From Eledone cirrhosa (lineage: Eukaryota), in the NCBI GenBank assembly GCA_964016885.1, contig OZ024742.1, positions 342,116,001 to 342,180,000 on the forward strand: a stretch of DNA of 64,000 bases, written 5' to 3'. The notes under the pieces are model-generated. The model was not told the DNA's origin and did no database searches. It worked only from the letters and a program-made list of their open reading frames with translations. How positions within the stretch are numbered: the first letter of the stretch is position 1; each line of letters begins with the position of its first letter. Shown in pieces: positions 38,601-53,600 of the stretch. The translations under genes and the position numbers were made by a program.

Positions 38601-41600
38601 AGTATGTGATCTCCAGTGGTATGAAGTATGTGATCTACAGTGGTATGAAGTATGTGATCTACAGTGGTATAAAGTATGTGATCTACAGTGGTATGAAGTA
38701 TGTGATCTACAGTGGTATGAAGTATGTGATCTACAGTTGTATGAAGTATGTGATCTCCAGTGGTATGAAGTATGTGATCTCCAGTGGTATGAAGTATGTG
38801 ATCTCCAGTGGTATGAAGTATGTGGTCTACAGTGGTATGAAGTATGTCAGCTCCAGTGGTATGAAGTATGTGATCTACAGTGGTATGAACTATGTGATCT
38901 CCAGTGGTATGAAGTATGTGATCTCCAGTAGTATGAAGTATGTGATATCCTGTGGTATGAAGTATGTGATCTACAGTGGTATGAAGTATGTGATCTCCAG
39001 TGGTATGAAGTATGTGATATCCTGTGGTATGAAGTATATGATCTCCAGTGGTCTGAAGTATGTGATCTCCAGTGGTATGAAGTATGTGATATCCTGTGGT
39101 ACGAAGTATGTGATATCCTGTGGAATGAAGTATGTGATCTCCAGTGGTATGAAGTATGTGATATCCTGTGGTATGAAGTATGTGATATCCTGTGGTATGA
39201 AGTATGTGAGCTACAGTGGTATGAAGTAGGTGATCTCCAGTGGTATGAAGTATGTGATATCCTGTGGTATGAAGTATGTGATATCCTGTGGTATGAAGTA
39301 TGTGATATCCTGTGGTATGAATTATGTGATCTACAGTGGTATGAAGTATGTGATCTACAGTGGTATGAAGTATGTGATATCCTGTCGTATGAAGTATGTG
39401 ATCTCCAGTGGTATGAAGTATGTGATATCCTGTGGTATGAAGTATGTGATATCCTGTGGTATGAAGTATGTGATCTACAGTGGTATGAAGTATGCGATCT
39501 CCAGTGGTATGAAGTATGTGATATCCTGTGGTATGAAGTATGTGATCTCCAGTGGTATGAAGTATGTGATCTCCAGTGGTATGAAGTATGTGATATCCTG
39601 TGGTATGAAGTATGTGATATCCTGTGGTATGAAGTATGTGATCGCCTGTGGTATGAAGTATGTGATCTCCAGTGGTATGAAGTATGTGATCTCCAGTGGT
39701 ATGAAGTATGTGATCTCCAGTGGTATGAAGTATGTGATCTCCAGTGGTATGAAGTATGTGATATCCTGTGGTATGAAGTATGTGATATCCTGTGGTATGA
39801 AGCATGTGATCTCCTGTGGTATGAAGTATGTGATCTACAGTGGTATGAAGTATGTGATCTCCAGTGGTATGAAGTATGTGATCTACAGTGGTATGAAGTA
39901 TGTGATCTACAGTGGTATGAAATATGTGAACTACAGTGGTATGAAGTATGTTATCTACAGTGGTATGAAGTATGTGATCTCCAGTGGTATGAAGTATGTG
40001 ATCTACAGTGGTATGAAGTATGTCATCTACAGTGGTATGAAGTATGTGATATCCTGTGGTATGAAGTATGTGATCTACAGTGGTATGAAGTATGTGATCT
40101 CCAGTGGTATGAAGTATGTGATCTACAGTGGTATGAAGTATGTGATCTACAGTGGTATAAAGTATGTGATCTACAGTGGTATGAAGTATGTGATCTACAG
40201 TGGTATGAAGTATGTGATCTACAGTTGTATGAAGTATGTGATATCCTGTGGTATGAAGTATGTGATATCTTGTGGTATGAAGTATGTGATCTACAGTGGT
40301 ATGAAATATGTGATCTACAGTGGTATGAAGTATGTGATCTCCAGTGGTATGAAGTATGTGATCTCCTGTGGTATGAAGTATGTGATCTCCAGTGGTATGA
40401 AGTATGTGATCTACAGTGGTATGAAGTATGTCAGCTCCAGTGGTATGAAGTATGTGATCTACAGTGGTATGAAGTATGTGATCTAGAGTGGTATGAAGTA
40501 TGTGATCTACAGTGGTATGAAGTATGTGATCTACAGTGGTATGAAGTATGTGATCTACAGTGGTATGAAGTATGTGATCTCCAGTGGTATGAAGTATGTG
40601 ATCTCCAGTGGTGTGAAGTATGTGATATCCTGTGGTATGAAGTATGTGATCTACAGTGGTATGAAGTATGTGATCTACAGTGGTATGAACTATGTGATCT
40701 ACAGTGGTATGATGTATGTGATCTACAGTGGTATGAAGTATGTGATATCCAGTGGTATGAAGTATGTGATATCCTGTGGTATGAAGTATGTGATCTACAT
40801 TGGTATGAAGTATGTGATCTCCAGTGGTATGAAGTATGTGATCTCCAGTGGTATGAAGTATGTGATCTACAGTGGGATGAAGTATGTGATCTACAGTGGT
40901 ATGAAGTATGTGATATCCTGTGGTATGAAGTATGTGATCTCCAGTGGTATGAAGTATGTGATCTATAGTAGTATGAAGTATGTGATCTCCTGTGGTATGA
41001 AGTATGTGATATCCTGTGGTATGAAGTATGTGATATCCTGTGGTATGAAGTATGTGATCTCCTGTGGTATGAAGTATGTGATCTCCAGTGGTATGAAGTA
41101 TGTGATATCCTGTGGTATGAAGTATGTGATCTACAGTGGTATGAAGTATGTGATCTCCAGTGGTATGAAGTATGTGATATCCTGTGGTATGAAGTATGTG
41201 ATCTACAGTGGTATGAAGTATGTGATCTCCAGTGGTATGAAGTATGTGATCTCCAGTGGTATGAAGTATGTGATCAACAGTGGTATGAAGTATGTGATCT
41301 ACAGTGGTATGAAGTATGTGATATCCTGTGGTATGAAGTATGTGATCTCCAGTGGTATGAAGTATGTGATCTACAGTGGTATGAAGTATGTGATCTCCTG
41401 TGGTATGAAGTATGTGATCTCCTGTGGTATGAAGTATGTGATCTCCTGTGGTATGAAGTATGTGATCTCCAGTGGTATGAAGTATGTGATCTCCAGTGGT
41501 ATGAAGTATGTGATATCCTGTGGTACGAAGTATGTGATATCCTGTGGTATGAAGTATGTGATCTCCAGTGGTATGAAGTATGTGATATCCTGTGGTATGA

Positions 41601-44600
41601 AGTATGTGATATCCTGTGGTATGAAGTATGTGATATCCTGTGGTATGAAGTATGTGATCTACAGTGGTATGAAGTAGGTGATCTCCAGTGGTATGAAGTA
41701 TGTGATATCCTGTGGTATGAAGTATGTGATATCCTGTGGTATGAAGTATGTGATCTACAGTGGTATGAAGTATGTGATCTACAGTGGTATGAAGTATGTG
41801 ATATCCTGTCGTATGAAGTATGTGATCTCCAGTGGTATGAAGTATGTGATATCCTGTGGTATGAAGTATGTGATATCCTGTGGTATGAAGTATGTGATCT
41901 ACAGTGGTATGAAGTATGTGATCTCCAGTGGTATGAAGTATGTGATCTACAGTGGTATGAAGTATGTGATCTACAGTGGTATGAAGTATGTGATCTCCAT
42001 TGGTATGAAGTATGTGATCTCCAGTGGTATGAAGTATGTGATCTACAGTGGTATGAAGTATGTGATATCCTGTGGTATGAAGTATGTGATCTCCAGTGGT
42101 ATGAAGTATGTGATATTCTGTGGTATGAAGTATGTGATATCCTGTGGTATGAAGTATGTGATCTACAGTGGTATGAAGTATGTGATCTACAGTGGTATGA
42201 AGTATGTGATATCCTGTGGTATGAAGTATGTGATATCCTGTGGTATGAAGTATGTGATCTCCAGTGGTATGAAGTATGTGATAACCAGTGGTATGAATTA
42301 TGTGATCTACAGTGGTATGAAGTATGTGATCTACAGTGGTATGAAATATGTGATATCCTGTGGTATGAAGTATGTGATCTACAGTGGTATGAAGTATGTG
42401 ATCTACAGTGGTATGAAGTATGTGATCTCCTGTGTTATGAAGTATGTGATCTACAGTGGTATGAAGTATGTGATCTACAGTGGTATGAAGTATGTGATAT
42501 CCTGTGGTATGAAGTATGTGATCTACAGTGGTATGAAGTATGTGATCTACAGTGGTATGAAGTATGTGATCTCCAGTGGTATGAAGTATGTGATCTACAG
42601 TGGTATGAAGTATGTGATCTACAGTGGTATGAAGTTTGTGATATTCTGTGGTATGAAGTATGTGATATCCTGTGGTATGAAGTATGTGATATCCTGTGGT
42701 ATGAAGTATGTGATCTCCAGTGGTATGAAGTATATGATCTACAGTGGTATGACGTATGTGATATCCTGTGGTATGAAGTATGTGATATCCTGTGGTATGA
42801 AGTATGTGATCTCCAGTGGTATGAAGTATGTGATCTACAGTGGTATGAAGTATGTGATATCCTGTGGTATGAAGTATGTGATCTAAAGTGGTATGAAGTA
42901 TGTGATCTACAGTGGTATGAAGTATGTGATCTCCTGTGTTATGAAGTATGTGATCTACAGTGGTATGAAGTATGTGATCTACAGTGGTATGAAGTATGTG
43001 ATATCCTGTGGTATGAAGTATGTGATCTACAGTGGTATGAAGTATGTGATCTACAGTGGTATGAAGTATGTGATCTCCAGTGGTATGAAGTATGTGATCT
43101 ACAGTGGTATGAAGTATGTGATCTACAGTGGTATGAAGTATGTGATATCCTGTGGTATGAAGTATGTGATATGCTGTGGTATGAAGTATGTGATATCCTG
43201 TGGTATGAAGTATGTGATATCCTGTGGCATGAAGTATGTGATCTCCAGTGGTATGATGTATGTGATATCCAGTGGTATGAAGTATGTGATCTACAGTGGT
43301 ATGAAGTATGTGATCTACAGTGGTATGAAGTATGTGATATCCTGTGGTATGAAGTATGTGATCTCCAGTGGTATGAAGTATGTGATATCCTGTGGTATGA
43401 AGTATGTGATCTACAGTGGTATGAAGTATGTGATCTACAGTGGTATGAAGTATGTGATCTCCAGTGGTATGAAGTATGTGATCTACAGTGGTGTGAAGTA
43501 TGTGATCTACAGTGGTATGAAGTATGTGATCTCCAGTGGTATGAAGTATGTGATCTACAGTGGTATGAAGTATGTGATATCCTGTGGTATGAAGTATGTG
43601 ATCTACAGTGGTATGAAGTATGTGATCTACAGTGGTATGAAGTATGTGATATCCTGTGGTATGAAGTATGTGATATCCTGTGGTATAAAGTATGTGATCT
43701 CCAGTGGTATGAAGTATGTGATATCCTGTGGTATGAAGTATGTGATCTCCAGTGGTATGAAGTATGTGATATCCAGTGGGATGAAGTATGTGATCTACAG
43801 TGGTATGAAGTATGTGATCTACAGTGGTATGAAGTATGTGATCTCCAGTGGTATGAAGTATGTGATCTACAGTGGTATGAAGTATGTGATCTACAGTGGT
43901 ATGAAATATGTGAACTACAGTGGTATGAAGTATGTTATCTACAGTGGTATGAAGTATGTGATCTCCAGTGGTATGAAGTATGTGATCTACAGTGGTATGA
44001 AGTATGTCATCTACAGTGGTATGAAGTATGTGATATCCTGTGGTATGAAGTATGTGATCTACAGTGGTATGAAGTATGTGATCTCCAGTGGTATGAAGTA
44101 TGTGATCTACAGTGGTATGAAGTATGTGATCTACAGTGGTATAAAGTATGTGATCTACAGTGGTATGAAGTATGTGATCTACAGTGGTATGAAGTATGTG
44201 ATCTACAGTTGTATGAAGTATGTGATCTCCAGTGGTATGAAGTATGTGATCTCCAGTGGTATGAAGTATGTGATCTCCAGTGGTATGAAGTATGTGGTCT
44301 ACAGTGGTATGAAGTATGTCAGCTCCAGTGGTATGAAGTATGTGATCTACAGTGGTATGAACTATGTGATCTCCAGTGGTATGAAGTATGTGATCTCCAG
44401 TAGTATGAAGTATGTGATATCCTGTGGTATGAAGTATGTGATCTACAGTGGTATGAAGTATGTGATCTCCAGTGGTATGAAGTATGTGATATCCTGTGGT
44501 ATGAAGTATATGATCTCCAGTGGTCTGAAGTATGTGATCTCCAGTGGTATGAAGTATGTGATATCCTGTGGTACGAAGTATGTGATATCCTGTGGAATGA

Positions 44601-47600
44601 AGTATGTGATCTCCAGTGGTATGAAGTATGTGATATCCTGTGGTATGAAGTATGTGATATCCTGTGGTATGAAGTATGTGAGCTACAGTGGTATGAAGTA
44701 GGTGATCTCCAGTGGTATGAAGTATGTGATATCCTGTGGTATGAAGTATGTGATATCCTGTGGTATGAAGTATGTGATATCCTGTGGTATGAATTATGTG
44801 ATCTACAGTGGTATGAAGTATGTGATCTACAGTGGTATGAAGTATGTGATATCCTGTCGTATGAAGTATGTGATCTCCAGTGGTATGAAGTATGTGATAT
44901 CCTGTGGTATGAAGTATGTGATATCCTGTGGTATGAAGTATGTGATCTACAGTGGTATGAAGTATGCGATCTCCAGTGGTATGAAGTATGTGATATCCTG
45001 TGGTATGAAGTATGTGATCTCCAGTGGTATGAAGTATGTGATCTCCAGTGGTATGAAGTATGTGATATCCTGTGGTATGAAGTATGTGATATCCTGTGGT
45101 ATGAAGTATGTGATCGCCTGTGGTATGAAGTATGTGATCTCCAGTGGTATGAAGTATGTGATCTCCAGTGGTATGAAGTATGTGATCTCCAGTGGTATGA
45201 AGTATGTGATCTCCAGTGGTATGAAGTATGTGATATCCTGTGGTATGAAGTATGTGATATCCTGTGGTATGAAGCATGTGATCTCCTGTGGTATGAAGTA
45301 TGTGATCTACAGTGGTATGAAGTATGTGATCTCCAGTGGTATGAAGTATGTGATCTACAGTGGTATGAAGTATGTGATCTACAGTGGTATGAAATATGTG
45401 AACTACAGTGGTATGAAGTATGTTATCTACAGTGGTATGAAGTATGTGATCTCCAGTGGTATGAAGTATGTGATCTACAGTGGTATGAAGTATGTCATCT
45501 ACAGTGGTATGAAGTATGTGATATCCTGTGGTATGAAGTATGTGATCTACAGTGGTATGAAGTATGTGATCTCCAGTGGTATGAAGTATGTGATCTACAG
45601 TGGTATGAAGTATGTGATCTACAGTGGTATAAAGTATGTGATCTACAGTGGTATGAAGTATGTGATCTACAGTGGTATGAAGTATGTGATCTACAGTTGT
45701 ATGAAGTATGTGATATCCTGTGGTATGAAGTATGTGATATCTTGTGGTATGAAGTATGTGATCTACAGTGGTATGAAATATGTGATCTACAGTGGTATGA
45801 AGTATGTGATCTCCAGTGGTATGAAGTATGTGATCTCCTGTGGTATGAAGTATGTGATCTCCAGTGGTATGAAGTATGTGATCTACAGTGGTATGAAGTA
45901 TGTCAGCTCCAGTGGTATGAAGTATGTGATCTACAGTGGTATGAAGTATGTGATCTAGAGTGGTATGAAGTATGTGATCTACAGTGGTATGAAGTATGTG
46001 ATCTACAGTGGTATGAAGTATGTGATCTACAGTGGTATGAAGTATGTGATCTCCAGTGGTATGAAGTATGTGATCTCCAGTGGTGTGAAGTATGTGATAT
46101 CCTGTGGTATGAAGTATGTGATCTACAGTGGTATGAAGTATGTGATCTACAGTGGTATGAACTATGTGATCTACAGTGGTATGATGTATGTGATCTACAG
46201 TGGTATGAAGTATGTGATATCCAGTGGTATGAAGTATGTGATATCCTGTGGTATGAAGTATGTGATCTACATTGGTATGAAGTATGTGATCTCCAGTGGT
46301 ATGAAGTATGTGATCTCCAGTGGTATGAAGTATGTGATCTACAGTGGGATGAAGTATGTGATCTACAGTGGTATGAAGTATGTGATATCCTGTGGTATGA
46401 AGTATGTGATCTCCAGTGGTATGAAGTATGTGATCTATAGTAGTATGAAGTATGTGATCTCCTGTGGTATGAAGTATGTGATATCCTGTGGTATGAAGTA
46501 TGTGATATCCTGTGGTATGAAGTATGTGATCTCCAGTGGTATGAAGTATGTGATATCCTGTGGTATGAAGTATGTGATCTACAGTGGTATGAAGTATGTG
46601 ATCTCCAGTGGTATGAAGTATGTGATATCCTGTGGTATGAAGTATGTGATCTACAGTGGTATGAAGTATGTGATCTCCAGTGGTATGAAGTATGTGATCT
46701 CCAGTGGTATGAAGTATGTGATCAACAGTGGTATGAAGTATGTGATCTACAGTGGTATGAAGTATGTGATATCCTGTGGTATGAAGTATGTGATCTCCAG
46801 TGGTATGAAGTATGTGATCTACAGTGGTATGAAGTATGTGATCTCCTGTGGTATGAAGTATGTGATCTCCTGTGGTATGAAGTATGTGATCTCCTGTGGT
46901 ATGAAGTATGTGATCTCCAGTGGTATGAAGTATGTGATCTCCAGTGGTATGAAGTATGTGATATCCTGTGGTACGAAGTATGTGATATCCTGTGGTATGA
47001 AGTATGTGATCTCCAGTGGTATGAAGTATGTGATATCCTGTGGTATGAAGTATGTGATATCCTGTGGTATGAAGTATGTGATATCCTGTGGTATGAACTA
47101 TGTGATCTACAGTGGTATGAAGTATGTGATCTACAGTGGTATGAAGTATGTGATATCCTGTCGTATGAAGTATGTGATCTCCAGTGGTATGAAGTATGTG
47201 ATATCCTGTGGTATGAAGTATGTGATATCCTGTGGTATGAAGTATGTGATCTACAGTGGTATGAAGTATGTGATCTCCAGTGGTATGAAGTATGTGATCT
47301 ACAGTGGTATGAAGTATGTGATCTACAGTGGTATGAAGTATGTGATCTCCATTGGTATGAAGTATGTGATCTCCAGTGGTATGAAGTATGTGATCTACAG
47401 TGGTATGAAGTATGTGATATCCTGTGGTATGAAGTATGTGATCTCCAGTGGTATGAAGTATGTGATATTCTGTGGTATGAAGTATGTGATATCCTGTGGT
47501 ATGAAGTATGTGATCTACAGTGGTATGAAGTATGTGATCTACAGTGGTATGAAGTATGTGATATCCTGTGGTATGAAGTATGTGATATCCTGTGGTATGA

Positions 47601-50600
47601 AGTATGTGATCTCCAGTGGTATGAAGTATGTGATAACCAGTGGTATGAATTATGTGATCTACAGTGGTATGAAGTATGTGATCTACAGTGGTATGAAATA
47701 TGTGATATCCTGTGGTATGAAGTATGTGATCTACAGTGGTATGAAGTATGTGATCTACAGTGGTATGAAGTATGTGATCTCCTGTGTTATGAAGTATGTG
47801 ATCTACAGTGGTATGAAGTATGTGATCTACAGTGGTATGAAGTATGTGATATCCTGTGGTATGAAGTATGTGATCTACAGTGGTATGAAGTATGTGATCT
47901 ACAGTGGTATGAAGTATGTGATCTCCAGTGGTATGAAGTATGTGATCTACAGTGGTATGAAGTATGTGATCTACAGTGGTATGAAGTTTGTGATATTCTG
48001 TGGTATGAAGTATGTGATATCCTGTGGTATGAAGTATGTGATATCCTGTGGTATGAAGTATGTGATCTCCAGTGGTATGAAGTATATGATCTACAGTGGT
48101 ATGACGTATGTGATATCCTGTGGTATGAAGTATGTGATATCCTGTGGTATGAAGTATGTGATCTCCAGTGGTATGAAGTATGTGATCTACAGTGGTATGA
48201 AGTATGTGATATCCTGTGGTATGAAGTATGTGATCTAAAGTGGTATGAAGTATGTGATCTACAGTGGTATGAAGTATGTGATCTCCTGTGTTATGAAGTA
48301 TGTGATCTACAGTGGTATGAAGTATGTGATCTACAGTGGTATGAAGTATGTGATATCCTGTGGTATGAAGTATGTGATCTACAGTGGTATGAAGTATGTG
48401 ATCTACAGTGGTATGAAGTATGTGATCTCCAGTGGTATGAAGTATGTGATCTACAGTGGTATGAAGTATGTGATCTACAGTGGTATGAAGTATGTGATAT
48501 CCTGTGGTATGAAGTATGTGATATGCTGTGGTATGAAGTATGTGATATCCTGTGGTATGAAGTATGTGATATCCTGTGGCATGAAGTATGTGATCTCCAG
48601 TGGTATGATGTATGTGATATCCAGTGGTATGAAGTATGTGATCTACAGTGGTATGAAGTATGTGATCTACAGTGGTATGAAGTATGTGATATCCTGTGGT
48701 ATGAAGTATGTGATCTCCAGTGGTATGAAGTATGTGATATCCTGTGGTATGAAGTATGTGATCTACAGTGGTATGAAGTATGTGATCTACAGTGGTATGA
48801 AGTATGTGATCTCCAGTGGTATGAAGTATGTGATCTACAGTGGTGTGAAGTATGTGATCTACAGTGGTATGAAGTATGTGATCTACAGTGGTATGAAGTA
48901 TGTGATCTACAGTGGTATGAAATATGTGATATCCTGTGGTATGAAGTATGTGATCTACAGTGGTATGAAGTATGTGATCTACAGTGGTATGAAGTATGTG
49001 ACATCCTGTGGTATGAAGTATGTGATCTCCAGTGGTATGAAGTATGTGATATCCTGTGGTATGAAGTATGTGATATCCTGTGGTATGAAGTATGTGATCT
49101 ACAGTGGTATGAAGTATGTGATCTCCAGTGGTATGAAGTATGTGATATCCAGTGGGATGAAGTATGTGATCTACATTGGTATGAAGTATGTGATCTACAG
49201 TGGTATGAAGTATGTGATCTCCAGTGGTATGAAGTATGTGATCTACAGTGGTATGAAGTATGTGATCTACAGTGGTATGAAATATGTGAACTACAGTGGT
49301 ATGAAGTATGTTATCTACAGTGGTATGAAGTATGTGATCTCCAGTGGTATGAAGTATGTGATCTACAGTGGTATGAAGTATGTCATCTACAGTGGTATGA
49401 AGTATGTGATATCCTGTGGTATGAAGTATGTGATCTACAGTGGTATGAAGTATGTGATCTCCAGTTGTATGAAGTATGTGATCTACAGTGGTATGAAGTA
49501 TGTGATCTACAGTGGTATGAAGTATGTGATCTACAGTGGTATGAAGTATGTGATCTCCAGTGGTATGAAGTATGTGATCTCCAGTGGTATGAAGTATGTG
49601 ATCTCCAGTGGTATGAAGTATGTGATCTCCAGTATTATGAAGTATGTGATATCCTGTGATATGAAGTATGTGATCTCCAGTGGTATGAAGTATGTGATCT
49701 ACAGTGGTATGAAGTATGTGATCTCCAGTGGTATGAAGTATGTGATCTCCAGTGGTATGAAGTATGTGATCTCCAGTGGTATGAAGTATGTGATCTCCAG
49801 TGGTATGAAGTATGTGGTCTACAGTGATATGAAGTATGTCAGCTCCAGTGGTATGAAGTATGTGATCTACAGTGGTATGAAGTATGTGATCTCCAGTGGT
49901 CTGAAGTATGTGATCTCCAGTAGTATGAAGTATGTGATATCCTGTGGTATGAAGTATGTGATCTACAGTGGTGTGAAGTATGTGATCTCCAGTGGTATGA
50001 AGTATGTGATCTCCAGTGGTATGAAGTATGTGATCAACAGTGGTATGAAGTATGTGATCTACAGTGGTATGAAGTATGTGATATCCTGTGGTATGAAGTA
50101 TGTGATCTCCAGTGGTATGAAGTATGTGATCTACAGTGGTATGAAGTATGTGATCTCCTGTGGTATGAAGTATGTGATATCCTGTGGTATGAAGTATGTG
50201 ATATCCTGTGGTATGAAGTATGTGATCTACAGTGGTATGAAGTAGGTGATCTCCAGTGGTATGAAGTATGTGATATCCTGTGGTATGAATTATGTGATAT
50301 CCTGTGGTATGAAGTATGTGATATCCTGTGGTATGAACTATGTGATCTACAGTGGTATGAAGTATGTGATCTACAGTGGTATGAAGTATGTGATATCCTG
50401 TCGTATGAAGTATGTGATCTCCAGTGGTATGAAGTATGTGATATCCTGTGGTATGAAGTATGTGATATCATGTGGTATGAAGTATGTGATCTACAGTGGT
50501 ATGAAGTATGTGATCTCCAGTGGTATGAAGTATGTGATCTACAGTGGTATGAAGTATGTGATCTACAGTGGTATGAAGTATGTGATCTACAGTGGTATGA

Positions 50601-53600
50601 AGTATGTGATATCCTGTGGTATGAAGTATGTGATCTACAGTGGTATGAAGTATGTGATCTACAGTGGTATGAAGTATGTGATATCCTGTGGAATGAAGTA
50701 TGTGATCTCCAGTGGTATGAAGTATGTGATATTCTGTGGTATGAAGTATGTGATATCCTGTGGTATGAAGTATGTGATCTACAGTGGTATGAAGTATGTG
50801 ATCTACAGTGGTATGAAGTATGTGATCTACAGTGGTATGAAGTATGTGATATCCTGTGGTATGAAGTATGTGATATCCTGTCGTATGAAGTATGTGATAT
50901 CCAGTGGTATGATGTATGTGATAACCAGTGGTATGAATTATGTGATCTACAGTGGTATGAAGTATGTGATCTACAGTGGTATGAAGTATGTGATATCCTG
51001 TGGTATGAAGTATGTGATCTACAGTGGTATGAAGTATGTGATCTCCTGTGTTATGAAGTATGTGATCTACAGTGGTATGAAGTATGTGATCTACAGTGGT
51101 ATGAAGTATGTGATATCCTGTGGTATGAAGTATGTGATCTACAGTGGTATGAAGTATGTGATCTCCAGTGGTATGAAGTATGTGATCTCCAGTGGTATGA
51201 AGTATGTGATCTACAGTGGTATGAAGTATGTGATCTACAGTGGTATGAAGTATGTGATATCCTGTGGTATGAAGTATGTGATATCCTGTGGTATGAAGTA
51301 TGTGATATCCTGTGGTATGAAGTATGTGATATCCTGTGGTATGAAGTATGTGATCTCCAGTGGTATGATGTATGTGATATCCAGTGGTATGAAGTATGTG
51401 ATCTACAGTGGTATGAAGTATGTGATCTACAGTGGTATGAAGTATGTGATATCCTGTGGTATGAAGTATGTGATCTCCAGTGGTATGAAGTATGTGATAT
51501 CCTGTGGTATGAAGTATGTGATATCCTGTGGTATGAAGTATGTGATCTACAGTGGTATGAAGTATGTGATCTCCAGTGGTATGAAGTATGTGATCTACAG
51601 TGGTGTGAAGTATGTGATCTACAGTGGTATGAAGTATGTGATCTACAGTGGTATGAAGTATGTGATCTACAGTGGTATGAAATATGTGATCTACAGTGGT
51701 ATGAAATATGTGATATCCTGTGGTATGAAGTATGTGATCTACAGTGGTATGAAGTATGTGACATCCTGTGGTATGAAGTATGTGATCTCCAGTGGTATGA
51801 AGTATGTGATATCCTGTGGTATGAAGTATGTGATATCCTGTGGTATGAAGTATGTGATCTACAGTGGTATGAAGTATGTGATCTCCAGTGGTATGAAGTA
51901 TGTGATATCCTGTGGTATGAAGTATGTGATATCCTGTGGTATGAAGTATGTGATCTCCAGTGGTATGAAGTATGTGATATCCTGTGGTATGAAGTATGTG
52001 ATCTCCAGTGGTATGAAGTATGTGATATCCAGTGGGATGAAGTATGTGATCTACAGTGGTATGAAGTATGTGATCTACAGTGGTATGAAGTATGTGATCT
52101 CCAGTGGTATGAAGTATGTGATCTACAGTGGTATGAAGTATCTGATCTACAGTGGTATGAAATATGTGAACTACAGCGGTATGAAGTATGTTATCTACAG
52201 TGGTATGAAGTATGTGATCTCCGGTGGTATGAAGTATGTGATCTACAGTGGTATGAAATATGTCTTCTACAGTGGTATGAAGTATGTGATATCCTGTGGT
52301 ATGAAGGATGTGATCTACAGTGGTATGAAGTATGTGATCTCCAGTGGTATGAAGTATGTGATCTACAGTGGTATGAAGTATGTGATCTACAGTGGTATAA
52401 AGTATGTGATCTACAGTGGTATGAAGTATGTGATCTCCAGTGGTATGAAGTATGTGATCTCCAGTGGTATGAAGTATGTGATCTCCAGTGGTATGAAGTA
52501 TGTGATCTCCAGTATTATGAAGTATGTGATATCCTGTGATATGAAGTATGTGATCTCCAGTGGTATGAAGTATGTGATCTACAGTGGTATGAAGTATGTG
52601 ATCTCCAGTGGTATGAAGTATGTGATCTCCAGTGGTATGAAGTATGTGATCTCCAGTGGTATGAAGTATGTGATATCCTGTGGTATGAAGTATGTGATCT
52701 CCAGTGGTATGAAGTATGTGGTCTACAGTGGTATGAAGTATGTCAGCTCCAGTGGTATGAAGTATGTGATCTACAGTGGTATGAAGTATGTGATCTCCAG
52801 TGGTATGAAGTATGTGATCTCCAGTAGTATGAAGTATGTGATATCCTGTGGTATGAAGTATGTGATCTACAGTGGTATGAAGTATGTGATCTCCAGTGGT
52901 ATGAAGTATGTGATCTACAGTGGTATGAAGTATGTGATCTCCAGTGGTATGAAGTATGTGATCTACAGTGGTATGAAGTATGTGATCTCCAGTGGTATGA
53001 AATATGTGATCTACAGTGGTATGAAGTATGTGATCTACAGTGGTATGAAGTATAGGATCTACTGTGGTATGAAGTATGTGATCTACAGTGGTATGAAGTA
53101 TGTCAGCTCCAGTGGTATGAAGTATGTGATCTACAGTGGTATGAAGTATGTGATCTCCAGTGGTATGAAGTATGTGATCTACAGTGGTATGAAGTATGTC
53201 AGCTCCAGTGGTATGAAGTATGTGATCTCCAGTGGTATGAAGTATGTGATCTCCAGTGGTATGAAGTATGTGATATCCTGTGGTATGAAGTATGTGATCT
53301 ACAGTGGTATGAAGTATGTGATCTAAAGTGGTATGAAGTATGTGATCTCCTGTGGTATGTAGTATGTGATATCCTGTGGTATGAAGTATGTGATATCCTG
53401 TGGTATGTAGTATGTGATCTCCAGTGGTATGAAGTATGTGATCTCCAGTGGTATGAAGTATGTGATATCCTGTGGTATGAAGTATGTAATATCTGTGGTA
53501 TGAAGTATGTGATCTCCAGTGGTATGAAGTATGTGATATCCTGTGGTATGAAGTATGTGATATCCTGTGGTATGAAGTATGTGATCTACAGTGGTATGAA

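Noticed and set aside
30596-45277. 4893-aa His-rich ORF (HILHTTGD/VD/GY)n, plus the (MKYVIYSG)n, (WYEVCDLQ)n and (SHTSYHCR)n ORFs
   Set aside because: A 24-bp unit is a multiple of 3 and lacks stops in four of six frames. Most codons of the HILHTT frame cannot become stops by one substitution. Variants show no preference for synonymous sites, and stops and frameshifts are propagated by duplications. There is no unique N- or C-terminus.
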